Source of the DNA: Bdellovibrionales bacterium
Lineage (GTDB): Bacteria; Bdellovibrionota; Bdellovibrionia; Bdellovibrionales; JAGQZY01
Assembly (NCBI GenBank): GCA_031426555.1
Contig: JANPLN010000064.1
Coordinates: forward strand, 1-64,000
DNA length: 64,000 bases
Reading direction: 5' to 3'
A program made the translations under genes and the position numbers. The first letter of the stretch is position 1; every line of letters starts with the position of its first letter. The notes beneath the pieces were generated by a model. It was given only the letters and a program-made list of their open reading frames with translations, was not told where the DNA came from and did no database searches. Of this stretch, positions 47,498 to 56,735 are shown in pieces.

Positions 47498-47597
47498 ATG
47501 TCCTCCTAGAACAACAAACCTCTTATGGCGTCATGGCCTTCGACCACAGAAGTTAAATTTGAGTGGCCAAAGTATTTCTAAGTGCTTGGGAGGTCAA
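47498..47597 (-). promoter_or_regulatory. rpsO promoter and structured leader (candidate S15-binding RNA)
   Basis: TTGACC-17-TACTTT; leader stem AACTTCT/AGAGGTT enclosing the GTGGTC-GAA-GGCCAT hairpin. Confidence 0.55.
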
Positions 47598-47605
47598 GAC
47601 ATTTA

Positions 47606-47664
47606 AGGCTCCTTAAGAGCCGCATTTTAACAGCCAGGCTCCGCAAGGAGCCGCATTTTAACAG
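47606..47664. repeat. Tandem duplicated hairpin unit at the truB 3' end
   Basis: aggctccttaagagccgcattttaacag / aggctccgcaaggagccgcattttaacag, 30-bp period. Confidence 0.85.
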
Positions 47665-48554
47665 TTAAAAACTCGGCGGATGGAATACCCGGTCTCTCCG
47701 CGAGTGAGGATGGCCAGTAAATCCTTGGTTTTACCGCTGATAACTTTGACCCCAAGAGCAGCAGGCAAATGCATATATTCGATCTCGAGAAATCGCCCTA
47801 ACCTGTGGGAAATTTGTCCGTTTCTTAAAAGTTTCTCCTCGAGTCCCTCCACCTTTACTACCGGCCAGGTTGGCAGGGCTTGGCCAAAAGGAATCCAATG
47901 AGGGGGATCGTCAGTCATTAAGCGTCCGTCTGTGAGAGTCACGGCGTCTTGCAGAGCATAGGGAAAGGAGCTTTCCCTGCGCAAAACAGCCACAGCGGCC
48001 CCACAACCCAGCTTTTCACCCAGTTTTTCCACCCACGTCCGCACGAAGCTGCCCTTGCTGCAGGAAAGTCGAACTTGCACGCGATCCATCGTCGCACCTA
48101 AGAACTCGGCTTTGTAAAAAGTCATGGGTTTTGATGGGGGTGTAAATACCTCTTGAGCTCGGGCTTTTTCGTAGAGTTTTTGCCCTTGCACCTTCATGGC
48201 CGAATAAATCGGGACTGGCCATTGAAAGGTCCCCTGCAGCTCTTCGACCGCCGCTTTGATTTTTTGTTCGGTGACGTCCACGGTTTTTGTTTCGATCACT
48301 GAACCATCGGTATCGCCGGTGTCATAGCGAACACCCAATAGAGCTTCGACAACATAGGATTTATCGCCCGAAAGAATAAAATCGGAGAGTTTCGTAGCCT
48401 CGCCCATGAGTACGACCATCAGGCCTGTGGCCAAGGGATCTAAGGTTCCCGCGTGGCCCACTTGTTTTTGCGCCGCCAAACGACGAACCGAGCTCACAAC
48501 GTCGTGGCTGGTCATCCCTTTTGGTTTATCAACAAGTAAGAGTCCGTTTTTCAT
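47658..48554 (-). CDS. truB: tRNA pseudouridine(55) synthase
   Basis: DKPKGMTSHDVV, GHAGTLDPLATG, PIYSAMKVQG, CSKGSFVR. Confidence 0.97.
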   Translation of the reverse strand: MKNGLLLVDKPKGMTSHDVVSSVRRLAAQKQVGHAGTLDPLATGLMVVLMGEATKLSDFILSGDKSYVVEALLGVRYDTGDTDGSVIETKTVDVTEQKIKAAVEELQGTFQWPVPIYSAMKVQGQKLYEKARAQEVFTPPSKPMTFYKAEFLGATMDRVQVRLSCSKGSFVRTWVEKLGEKLGCGAAVAVLRRESSFPYALQDAVTLTDGRLMTDDPPHWIPFGQALPTWPVVKVEGLEEKLLRNGQISHRLGRFLEIEYMHLPAALGVKVISGKTKDLLAILTRGETGYSIRRVFNC

Positions 48555-48569
48555 TTTATTGTCTTATTT

Positions 48570-48920
48570 TTATTGCTTAATTTTAATGAGAAGCTCATTA
48601 ATTTTTTGCGAGGTCGCTACACCCTCGTCGTTTAAAAATTCCAGTCGCGGACAGTATTTCATGCGCAAATGTTTCATCACTTCTCTTTGCATCTCGCCCG
48701 CCTGGTCTTGCAAACGTTCAAGGGTTTCCTCGGAAACTGCGGGTTTTCCCAAGGCGCTCACAAAAACCTTGGCGCCTTTTAAATCCTTCGCGACTTTCAC
48801 TTGGGTCACATTTAAAAGGTCGCCGGTAAAATGACGAATCACAAAACTGGCAACGATTTCACGCAGTTCTTTTTCAACTCGCTGTGCTCGCCTGTTGTCA
48901 CCGGTTTTGCCGTCACTCAT
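48570..48920 (-). CDS. rbfA: Ribosome-binding factor A
   Basis: DLKGAKVFVS, LRMKYCPRLEF; infB-rbfA-truB synteny. Confidence 0.92.
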   Translation of the reverse strand: MSDGKTGDNRRAQRVEKELREIVASFVIRHFTGDLLNVTQVKVAKDLKGAKVFVSALGKPAVSEETLERLQDQAGEMQREVMKHLRMKYCPRLEFLNDEGVATSQKINELLIKIKQ

Positions 48921-51700
48921 AGTTCTCGCACCACAGACTCTTGCGTGTAGGCTTCGATTTCATCGCCGACTTTTAGATCATTGTAGTTTTCGATGCTGAT
49001 ACCGCACTCAAACCCTGTTTGAACTTCGCGGGCGTCATCTTTAAAACGCTTAAGGCTGCTGATTTTACCCTGATAGACCACTTTGCCATCACGAAGCAAA
49101 CGCAACATGCTGTTTCGAGTGACCGAACCATCCGTTACAAAGCAACCTGCAATGGTTCCTATTTTTGGCACTGTAAAAATATTTCGAACCTGAACGCGTC
49201 CAAGAATTTTTTCTTTAACGATGGGATCAAGAAGTCCGCCGAGAGCTCGCTTCATTTCGTCTACCAATTCGTAAACAATAGAGTAGGTTTTAATTTCCAC
49301 ACCTTTATTTTTTGCGGCCGCTTGGGCGCTTGTATCTGGGCGCACGTTAAAGCCCACAACCATTCCTTTGGTGGTGCTTGCTAAAAGAACATCGGACTCA
49401 CTAATACCACCGATACCGGTGTGAATGAGCTTGAGCTTTACTTCGCTCGTAGAAAGTTTATCAAAAAGACCTTTCACGGCCTCTAAAGAACCCGCCACAT
49501 CACATTTTAAAATCACAGGAAGTTCTTTGACGTCGCCCGATTTGAGCTTGGACATCAGATCTTCCATCGTTGGCGGCTTAGCCTCCAGGGACTTCGCGAT
49601 TTCTTCTTTGCGAACCCGCGCGATTTCCTCGGCGCTCTTGTCGTCTTTACAAACATCAAAACGATCGCCCGCACCAGGACTGTCGGGAAGACCTATGATT
49701 TCCACCGGCATGCTTGGTCCCGCCTCTTTCAGCGGTTTGCCAGCGTCGTCATGAATCGTGCGCACACGTGTTGCGACCGAGCCTATAACAATAGATTGAC
49801 CTGTTTTAAGAGTTCCATCTTGTACAAGCAAGGTAGCAACGTTGCCGCGGCCTTTTTCCACTCGACTTTCGATAACGATTCCCGTTGCAGATCGAGTTGG
49901 ACTGGCTGTGAGCTCGAGAACTTCGGCCAAAACCGAAATCTGCTCGAGGAGCTCGGGAATTCCATCACCTTTGAGGGCGGAGATTGGACAGAATTGTGTC
50001 GATCCACCCCACTCTTCGGGGATGAGTTCATATTCAGTCATTTGTTGCTTGATGCGATCCGGAGATGCGTCGGGCTTGTCCATTTTGTTGACGGCTACGA
50101 TGATAGGCACCTTCGCCGCTTTGGCGTGGCTGATGGCCTCGATAGTTTGTGGCATCACACCGTCATCCGCTGCCACAACAAGAATCACGATGTCTGTAAC
50201 ATTGGCTCCGCGGGCACGCATCGCAGTGAAAGCTTCGTGACCCGGAGTATCGATAAAGGTCACCTCGCCAAGCGTGGTCTTTACGCGATAGGCACCGATG
50301 TGCTGAGTGATTCCTCCGGCTTCTTTCGCTGCCACTCGGGCTTTGCGAATGGAATCGAGAAGCGTCGTTTTACCGTGATCCACGTGACCCATCACTGTTA
50401 CAACTGGTGATCGGTAAACGCGTTCAACATCAATGTTGAGCGTGGAAGCCTGCTCAACAAGCTCGAGATCGGTTTTTTTAATATTTTGCGCTTCGAATTT
50501 AAATTCGGGAACCACCAATGCGATGGTATCAAAATCCAAAGTCATGTTCATGTTTGCCATGACCCCGTTACTCATCAAAGCTTTAATTAAGGCCGGTGCT
50601 TTAATACCTAAGTTTTGCGCAAGCTCGGTCACTGACATACTACCGTGCACTCGAACAACGCGCTTGTGTGCGGCTGGCAATGTGATCTGAGTTTTTTTAT
50701 TGTGACCTTCGGAAATCTTTTTCTTTTTCGGCTGGAATACAATCTCGCGTTTCATGAAATCGGCAGAAACGAAAGACGGCGGCGCTTGCTCTTTTTCTTT
50801 TGCCGGTGCAGCGGGAGGAACAGCTGGTCCGCCCATCACGCGGCGGCCTTTGTCCTTTTTACGATCGTCCTCAGTCGTCGCAGGCGGAAATTCTGGAGGT
50901 GCGTCTTGCGAAATAAATCCTGTACGCAAAGAACGATTTACCGTTTTCACCTGGCGAGCCTGTGGTGGCGCCATACGATTGAGATCCATGCGACCGACGA
51001 TATTTCTTTTTGTCGAGCGAACACCGCTGATCGGGCCATCTTCAGTCATCAGAACTTCACGCTTGCGCGGGCCAGTAACTGGGATTTTTTCGTCTACAAC
51101 TGGGGTTGCAGCAACAGGGGCTGCTGTCACAACGGCGGTTTCTGAAGTTGGTGCGGCGGCAACTGCTGGAGCTGCAACTACCTCTGCTGACGCTTGCGGT
51201 TCGTGCGCTACTTCCACAGCTTCTTCAATCACCGCTTCCACTTCTGGAGCTGCTGCTTTTTCTTCAACAACCTCGGCTTCTTCGGTTTTCTTTCTGCGAA
51301 TGACGGTCTTAGAGGCCGCCGCTTTTGCGGCCGCTGCGGCTACGGCAACAACTTCTGCTTTGGCAGCCGCAGCTGCCTTGCTCGTGGATTTTGTTGCGGC
51401 TTTTACAACCGTAGTTTTTGTAGGCGTTTTTGTGGTTGTTTTTTTCAGGGCGGAACGAGCATTGGCGGCTTCTTCATCCGCAACTTCGACGACAGGCTTT
51501 TTGGCAGCTTTTTTAGTCGCCTTCTTTTTGTCGGAACCAGACTCCTCGTCAAGTTTGGTGCGAATTTGATCTATGAGATCAGTTGTTAAATCCGCCATGT
51601 GGCTCTTAATCGGAAGCCCCCACTTGCGAATCTTGTCCATCAACGTGATGGTCTCAACTCCAATCTCTTTTGCAAATTCATAAACTTTTTGCGTCGACAT
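48917..51700 (-). CDS. infB: Translation initiation factor IF-2
   Basis: MGHVDHGKTTLLD, DTPGHEAF, NKMD, SLKRFKDD. Confidence 0.98.
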   Translation of the reverse strand: MSTQKVYEFAKEIGVETITLMDKIRKWGLPIKSHMADLTTDLIDQIRTKLDEESGSDKKKATKKAAKKPVVEVADEEAANARSALKKTTTKTPTKTTVVKAATKSTSKAAAAAKAEVVAVAAAAAKAAASKTVIRRKKTEEAEVVEEKAAAPEVEAVIEEAVEVAHEPQASAEVVAAPAVAAAPTSETAVVTAAPVAATPVVDEKIPVTGPRKREVLMTEDGPISGVRSTKRNIVGRMDLNRMAPPQARQVKTVNRSLRTGFISQDAPPEFPPATTEDDRKKDKGRRVMGGPAVPPAAPAKEKEQAPPSFVSADFMKREIVFQPKKKKISEGHNKKTQITLPAAHKRVVRVHGSMSVTELAQNLGIKAPALIKALMSNGVMANMNMTLDFDTIALVVPEFKFEAQNIKKTDLELVEQASTLNIDVERVYRSPVVTVMGHVDHGKTTLLDSIRKARVAAKEAGGITQHIGAYRVKTTLGEVTFIDTPGHEAFTAMRARGANVTDIVILVVAADDGVMPQTIEAISHAKAAKVPIIVAVNKMDKPDASPDRIKQQMTEYELIPEEWGGSTQFCPISALKGDGIPELLEQISVLAEVLELTASPTRSATGIVIESRVEKGRGNVATLLVQDGTLKTGQSIVIGSVATRVRTIHDDAGKPLKEAGPSMPVEIIGLPDSPGAGDRFDVCKDDKSAEEIARVRKEEIAKSLEAKPPTMEDLMSKLKSGDVKELPVILKCDVAGSLEAVKGLFDKLSTSEVKLKLIHTGIGGISESDVLLASTTKGMVVGFNVRPDTSAQAAAKNKGVEIKTYSIVYELVDEMKRALGGLLDPIVKEKILGRVQVRNIFTVPKIGTIAGCFVTDGSVTRNSMLRLLRDGKVVYQGKISSLKRFKDDAREVQTGFECGISIENYNDLKVGDEIEAYTQESVVREL

Positions 51701-53136
51701 TAGGCCTCGTTTCCGGTGTTAGACATGCTTTTTTCGGCTTCAGCAGAATCTTCTTTTTCTTTGAGTTGTGCCAGCTGTTCACGGAGTTGCTGTTCTGCTT
51801 GCTGCTTGGCATCCCCTTTAACTTCTTGCGCCTCAATGGCCACAGGAGCCTTGGGAACTTCTACACCATCATCCTGATATTTTTTAATAAGTTTGAGTGC
51901 TTCATCAATAAGCCCGCGAGCTTTTTCTTCGGTATCGTAGCCGGCGATGGCCATCACTTCTTTGACGTTGGCTTCAGCTAACGATTGGAAGGATCCGAAA
52001 CCACTTTGGAAAATATTTTGCGCCATTGTATCAGACATGCCTGGAAGCAACATGAGATTGAAAATGGATTCGGCGGTTCGAGCTGAAGCGTTGGCTTCAG
52101 ACATAATATCAATTTTCCACCCGGTGAGTTTTGAAGCAAGACGCACGTTCTGCCCTTTTTTACCAATGGCCAAACTCAATTGTGTATCGGCAACAACGAT
52201 TTCCATTTCTTTCGAGTTCTCGTCGAGGAACACGCGAGAGATTTCTGCAGGAGCTAGAGCATTGCACGCAAAACGCGTGATATCTTCGTCCCATTCAACG
52301 ATGTCAATTTTTTCACCTTTGAGCTCTTGCACGATGGTTTGTACGCGCGAACCCTTCATTCCCACACAGGCACCCACTGGATCCACAGCAGAATCTTTGC
52401 TGTAAACGGCGATTTTCGCACGCTGCCCGGGCTCACGAGCAGCGGCCATAATTTGCACGATACCATCGTAGATTTCGGGAACTTCCGCTTCGAAAAGCTT
52501 AACAAGATAATCCGGATGGGCGCGGGACATGATAATTTGTGGCCCCTTCGTTGTTTGACGAACATCCAATAAATGTCCTTGAATGCGGTCACCGGGTTTG
52601 AAAGATTCGCCCGGAATTTGCTCGCGCGGTGGCATGAGGGCTTCGGTTTTTCCAAGATCGACAATAATGTGATTGCGCTCGATGCGACGAATGATTCCCG
52701 AAGCCACTTCACCCTTGCGGGCTTCGAACTCATTAAAGATGATTTCGCGTTCGGCATCGCGCACTTTTTGCAGAATGATTTGCTTGGCTGTCTGCGCGGC
52801 GATTCGGCCCAAATCTGAAGTGTCCAGTTTGATACCGATTTGATCGTGCATTTGCGCTTCCGGATCAAGCTTGAGGGCGTTTTCCATGGTGATTTCGATC
52901 TCTTCATCCTCAAAATCTTCGTCTGGCACAACTTCGTTAAACTGGAAAAGTTCAACCTCTCCGGTTTCTTCGTTGTACGTGGCTTCGATATCTCTATAGG
53001 TGCCATAAACTTTTTTAGCGGCGACGAGCATTCCTTGAACGACGGCATCGATAATTAATTTTTTTTCAATCCCCTTGTCTTTACCAAGTTGATCAATCAT
53101 TCGATTTAAATCGGAAAACATTCCATCTGCTGCCAT
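51700..53136 (-). CDS. nusA: Transcription factor NusA
   Basis: GRIAAQTAKQ, AREPGQRAK, DPVGACVGMKGSRV, LAIGKKGQNVRLA. Confidence 0.97.
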   Translation of the reverse strand: MAADGMFSDLNRMIDQLGKDKGIEKKLIIDAVVQGMLVAAKKVYGTYRDIEATYNEETGEVELFQFNEVVPDEDFEDEEIEITMENALKLDPEAQMHDQIGIKLDTSDLGRIAAQTAKQIILQKVRDAEREIIFNEFEARKGEVASGIIRRIERNHIIVDLGKTEALMPPREQIPGESFKPGDRIQGHLLDVRQTTKGPQIIMSRAHPDYLVKLFEAEVPEIYDGIVQIMAAAREPGQRAKIAVYSKDSAVDPVGACVGMKGSRVQTIVQELKGEKIDIVEWDEDITRFACNALAPAEISRVFLDENSKEMEIVVADTQLSLAIGKKGQNVRLASKLTGWKIDIMSEANASARTAESIFNLMLLPGMSDTMAQNIFQSGFGSFQSLAEANVKEVMAIAGYDTEEKARGLIDEALKLIKKYQDDGVEVPKAPVAIEAQEVKGDAKQQAEQQLREQLAQLKEKEDSAEAEKSMSNTGNEA

Positions 53137-53145
53137 AGGCACTCC

Positions 53146-53652
53146 TTATTGCTTTTTTCCAAAATCAAAAACCCAGTGGGCCTTTGCCACTGTTTCCAGT
53201 GGAACTGTTAACATTTTACCTTCAAACTCTACACCCAATTGCTGATCCTGATACGACGTGATCGTCCCGGTCAGCTTTTTGCGACTTGCAAACTGCTGTT
53301 CAATTTCTGGAATGATTTGTCCGAGGGGGCGAAACAAACTCAAGGCCACCAGTTTGCCAACACTCTGCTCATAGTGCCATGGCTTCTTAAGATCTCGTTC
53401 GATTCCCGGGCTTGAAACTTCGAGGTTGTAAGCGCCGTCGATCAGATCTTCCACGTCTAACATCAAACTCAAAGCTTTAGAAAACTCCGAGCAGTCCTCA
53501 AGAGAGACTTTTTCCTCGCCCGTGCGATCAATGAAAATGCGCAAAGTTTTGCCTCGACCAGAACCAAAAAGTTCCAGATCGTAGATCCTCAGTGCTTTGT
53601 GGCCGGCAATACGCTCGGCCAACTCCATCAATTTCGTAACCGTTGGATTCAT
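53146..53652 (-). CDS. rimP: Ribosome maturation factor RimP
   Basis: LRIFID, SLEDC, YNLEVSSPGIER. Confidence 0.95.
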   Translation of the reverse strand: MNPTVTKLMELAERIAGHKALRIYDLELFGSGRGKTLRIFIDRTGEEKVSLEDCSEFSKALSLMLDVEDLIDGAYNLEVSSPGIERDLKKPWHYEQSVGKLVALSLFRPLGQIIPEIEQQFASRKKLTGTITSYQDQQLGVEFEGKMLTVPLETVAKAHWVFDFGKKQ

Positions 53653-53661
53653 AATCTTTCT

Positions 53662-53688
53662 CAAAAAACAAAGGCCCACGAGGGGCCT
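53662..53688 (-). promoter_or_regulatory. rimP-leader hairpin (terminator-like)
   Basis: AGGCCC-CTCGT-GGGCCT followed by TTGTTTTTT just upstream of rimP. Confidence 0.7.
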
Positions 53689-53750
53689 GCGAATGTTGGT
53701 GTTTTAGCAAAGCGCCCGGTAAAAGGCAAGATGTGGATTCCTAAAAATAG

Positions 53751-54197
53751 CTAATAATTGAATAAAATCGCAGCACTACCGTCTTTGTAGTAAGCCCGGC
53801 GGCGCCCTACTTCTTGAAAACCCTTTTTTGCGTAAAGATGTCGGGCCTTTACATTGTCCTCCCGGCACTCCAACCAAATGGTTTTGTCCTTTTGTGCTGC
53901 CAAAAAATCGCTCAAAAGTTGCGACATCATGCCCTGACTTTGGCAAAAGGGCGAGGTGCCCAAAAAGAGGATTTCCAGGATTTCGTGGCTGGGTTTATGG
54001 AAGTGAATGAGGGCTGCAATCTGGGAGTTTTTGTATAAAACCATGTTTTCGTGGCGCTGGCAGTTGGCCACGAGCAATTGATGGGTCCACCCCTGCATTT
54101 CCAGTTGTTCTGCTGAAAATGAGTGCACCCAATCGTTGAGTTCCCAGGTCGTAAGTTCCGTCTTACTTAATTTTGTATCCCGAATAATACACCACAT
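53751..54197 (-). CDS. RimI-like GNAT acetyltransferase
   Basis: QSQG motif A; WLECREDNVKARHLYAKKGFQEVGRRRAYY; start uncertain. Confidence 0.85.
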   Translation of the reverse strand: MWCIIRDTKLSKTELTTWELNDWVHSFSAEQLEMQGWTHQLLVANCQRHENMVLYKNSQIAALIHFHKPSHEILEILFLGTSPFCQSQGMMSQLLSDFLAAQKDKTIWLECREDNVKARHLYAKKGFQEVGRRRAYYKDGSAAILFNY

Positions 54198-54759
54198 TGT
54201 GAGTTCTAAAAACCGCAGCCATCCAATCGCGAAAACGCTCTTGGTTTTTTTGCAGCTTCAAAATTTGCACGATCTTCTCGCGCACTTCATCCAGCGGTTT
54301 TTGTCCCAACTGATTTTTGTTTTGCATGTAATAGCTCTGAATCGCGTCGTCATTCACCGACAACAGATCTTTGGGCATTTTTAGATTGAGAATATTTTTG
54401 ACGCGAATTTTGCGCTGGTTGTGCTCGCGCAACTCCTTGGACGAAACAGCAAGGCTTTGCCAGAGGCGATCATTTTTTAGTTTCTGGAGAGTTTTTTCTT
54501 CGGCGCGCAGCACTTCAGCATCGTCGAGTTTTACTACGAGCAACGTGGACGCTTCGATCACCATAAGATGTTCGGATATAAGATCTTTGAGGGGTTCTTT
54601 GCGATCGACGAATTCGGCTAGGGGGTTGTGGATCTCGCTCAGGAAGAGATTGATTTGCAAATCGCGAGAGGTGACAACTTGATCTCCTACCTTCGCCAGA
54701 GCTGCCACGATCACTTCGGGTTCGGCGTAAATAAATAGAGAGAGCAGAAATACCACCAT
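54163..54759 (-). CDS. SurA N-terminal-like periplasmic chaperone-type protein
   Basis: Signal-like N-terminus; AKVGDQVVTSRDL; VNDDAIQSYY; KPLDEVREKI. Confidence 0.65.
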   Translation of the reverse strand: MVVFLLSLFIYAEPEVIVAALAKVGDQVVTSRDLQINLFLSEIHNPLAEFVDRKEPLKDLISEHLMVIEASTLLVVKLDDAEVLRAEEKTLQKLKNDRLWQSLAVSSKELREHNQRKIRVKNILNLKMPKDLLSVNDDAIQSYYMQNKNQLGQKPLDEVREKIVQILKLQKNQERFRDWMAAVFRTHNVVYYSGYKIK

Positions 54760-54820
54760 GTTTAAATGGTATATGCGGTCGATGAGGGGACCAAGAGGAC
54801 CAACGTCTAGTATTTTAAAT

Positions 54821-54848
54821 AAAAATGCCCGGTCAGGACTGACCGGGC
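54821..54848 (-). terminator. Intrinsic terminator
   Basis: GCCCGGTCAG-TC-CTGACCGGGC then ATTTTT. Confidence 0.85.
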
Positions 54849-54888
54849 TGTGCTAAAGAGGACTAACTACTACTACTTAAAACTCTAA

Positions 54889-56199
54889 TTAAAAGTTAAA
54901 CCGACCATTGACTAAAAACATCTGATAGCTGGCTTCTTCGAATGGACTTACTGTTCCACCGGTTGAACGACCTCTGTAATTTCGGCTGTTGGTACGTCCG
55001 TAGCGGCGGGCAGCAGCCTCGAGCTCGCTGTTGTCGCGGTCGTAAGACAAGTTGCTCATCCAGCGAAGCTCTGCACCGATACTAAAGTTTTTGGAAACCT
55101 GAAGATCCGCACCCACACCAACACCTGCATCAACCGCAGTTGATGTTGCAGACGCTTGATAGCTGCGAGTTTGATCCATGTCGCGGTACGTGTAAGCTAA
55201 AAGACCACTCACCTTCGGCGTGATTCTGCCCATTTGCGAGAAGTGATAAGCCACACCCATTCCGAAAGAGTACTGCTCGCCAGATTTAAAGCCTTCGTAG
55301 GTTTTTCCATCGATCAATTCGTTAACGTTACCGTCCATCGTAAGATCAGAGTAGATAAACGAAGCTTCAACACTAAAGTTTGTTGAAAAATGCGTTCCAA
55401 AAGCGATCCCTGTAGCGAGATCAGACGTAACATGCCCTGCACCTGAGTTCATTGAACCAAGCATTGGAGCGATGTACGACTGTTGATCCCAAAGAGCATA
55501 CGAAGTTTCAGTTTTCACTTCGTCATTGTAAGCGTAGGGAACTTCGGTTTTTGGCTCAACGTAAACGGGCTTTTCTACAACGACCACAGGCGGCTTGCTG
55601 TATTCCTCTTTTTGCGAGTAATCGTCGTTTTTATAATCGTCGTCTTTTTTATAATTATTGTCATAATTCTTATCTAAACGGTTACCGAACAAACGATCGG
55701 CGCGGTCTTTTTCGTCTTCGATGCGCGACCATTCTAATTTCTCGATCACTTTCTCGTCGGTGCGATATTCTAGATTTTTACGAGAATTCTTAATGTCACT
55801 CCCGTAATTTCCGTTGTTTTCGCCAACGTTTGTTTGCGAATAAGTATCTACTTTTGACTCGGCTTCGCCCTCAGCGGCAGCAGCTGCCTTTTGCTTGTTG
55901 GCGTTTGAATTGGCATTATAAATATTGATTTGCGGGCTGCCATCCGTGTTTGTAGCAGAGTTGTTGCCCCTAAAATTATCTATTTGCGAAACTTCTCCGT
56001 CTGAAGTTTGCGATCCACCAGCCAAATTGTTTTCAACAGTTTCGATCTCTTCATAACCGTCGTTACCAGCTTTTGGTTCGTATTGTTCTGCTTGTGCAGG
56101 GCGACCATATTGTGGCGCTTGCTGCTGATATCTTTCATGCTGTGCAAACGAAACCGTTGTCACCAACATTAGAATAGTTACTAATAATTTTTGTCCCAT
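54889..56199 (-). CDS. Outer-membrane beta-barrel protein with long low-complexity N-terminal region
   Basis: AAGGAGG SD before ATG 56199; signal peptide; C-terminal ~200 aa OmpA-like barrel ending RFNF. Confidence 0.85.
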   Translation of the reverse strand: MGQKLLVTILMLVTTVSFAQHERYQQQAPQYGRPAQAEQYEPKAGNDGYEEIETVENNLAGGSQTSDGEVSQIDNFRGNNSATNTDGSPQINIYNANSNANKQKAAAAAEGEAESKVDTYSQTNVGENNGNYGSDIKNSRKNLEYRTDEKVIEKLEWSRIEDEKDRADRLFGNRLDKNYDNNYKKDDDYKNDDYSQKEEYSKPPVVVVEKPVYVEPKTEVPYAYNDEVKTETSYALWDQQSYIAPMLGSMNSGAGHVTSDLATGIAFGTHFSTNFSVEASFIYSDLTMDGNVNELIDGKTYEGFKSGEQYSFGMGVAYHFSQMGRITPKVSGLLAYTYRDMDQTRSYQASATSTAVDAGVGVGADLQVSKNFSIGAELRWMSNLSYDRDNSELEAAARRYGRTNSRNYRGRSTGGTVSPFEEASYQMFLVNGRFNF

Positions 56200-56245
56200 A
56201 CATTCCTCCTTAGCGTTTTTCCTTAGCCTCTTAGGACTCTGTAAT

Positions 56246-56261
56246 AGCAAGGGTCGTTCCA
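56246..56261 (-). promoter_or_regulatory. Sigma54 (-24/-12) promoter
   Basis: TGGAAC-GACCC-TTGCT vs consensus TGGCAC-N5-TTGCW. Confidence 0.65.
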
Positions 56262-56414
56262 AAAAATGGCACTTTGCATTAATGCTTTGTAAGTATATGT
56301 TTTTATTGAGGTATTATTGGCACTGGTTCCCTATTGGAACCGCTGATGGAAGATATAAGCAAAATTTTGGTAGCGATTTGCTCTCCAACGTTTTGACGAC
56401 ACTGAAAATAATAC

Positions 56415-56443
56415 TTGTCTGAAAAACTCAGATCATTTAGCTT
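56415..56443 (+). promoter_or_regulatory. Sigma70-like promoter of tRNA-Leu
   Basis: TTGTCT-17-TAGCTT. Confidence 0.55.
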
Positions 56444-56468
56444 CAGCTTCCTAATTAGTTCTCAATGT

Positions 56469-56555
56469 GGCCTTTTGGCGGAACTGGTAGACGCGCACGA
56501 TTCAAAATCGTGTGGGGGTAACTCCATCCCAGTTCGATTCTGGGAAGGGCCACCA
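56469..56555 (+). tRNA. tRNA-Leu(CAA)
   Basis: Acceptor GGCCTTT/AAGGGCC; CACGA-TTCAAAA-TCGTG; long variable arm; GTTCGATTC; CCA. Confidence 0.96.
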
Positions 56556-56560
56556 TTACG

Positions 56561-56583
56561 AAGACGACCACTCTGGTCGTCTT
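56561..56583 (+). terminator. Hairpin after tRNA-Leu
   Basis: AAGACGACCA-CTC-TGGTCGTCTT; weak U-tract. Confidence 0.55.
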
Positions 56584-56735
56584 GCTGACTCCCCAGACTT
56601 CTTCATTCTGAAATTGGTCGCTCCGCTCCTGCCTGCGGCGCTTTGGGGGAGTGGATTAGCTTTGCATAATACCACATGCAACCAAAAATGAATTTTTGAC
56701 ACAGCCTCGTAAATGCAATTTAATTTGAAGAATCT

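Noticed and set aside
49019..53058. Long antisense or alternate-frame ORFs over infB and nusA (e.g. 50754-51569, 49751-50410, 52356-53048)
   Set aside because: Shadows of highly conserved genes
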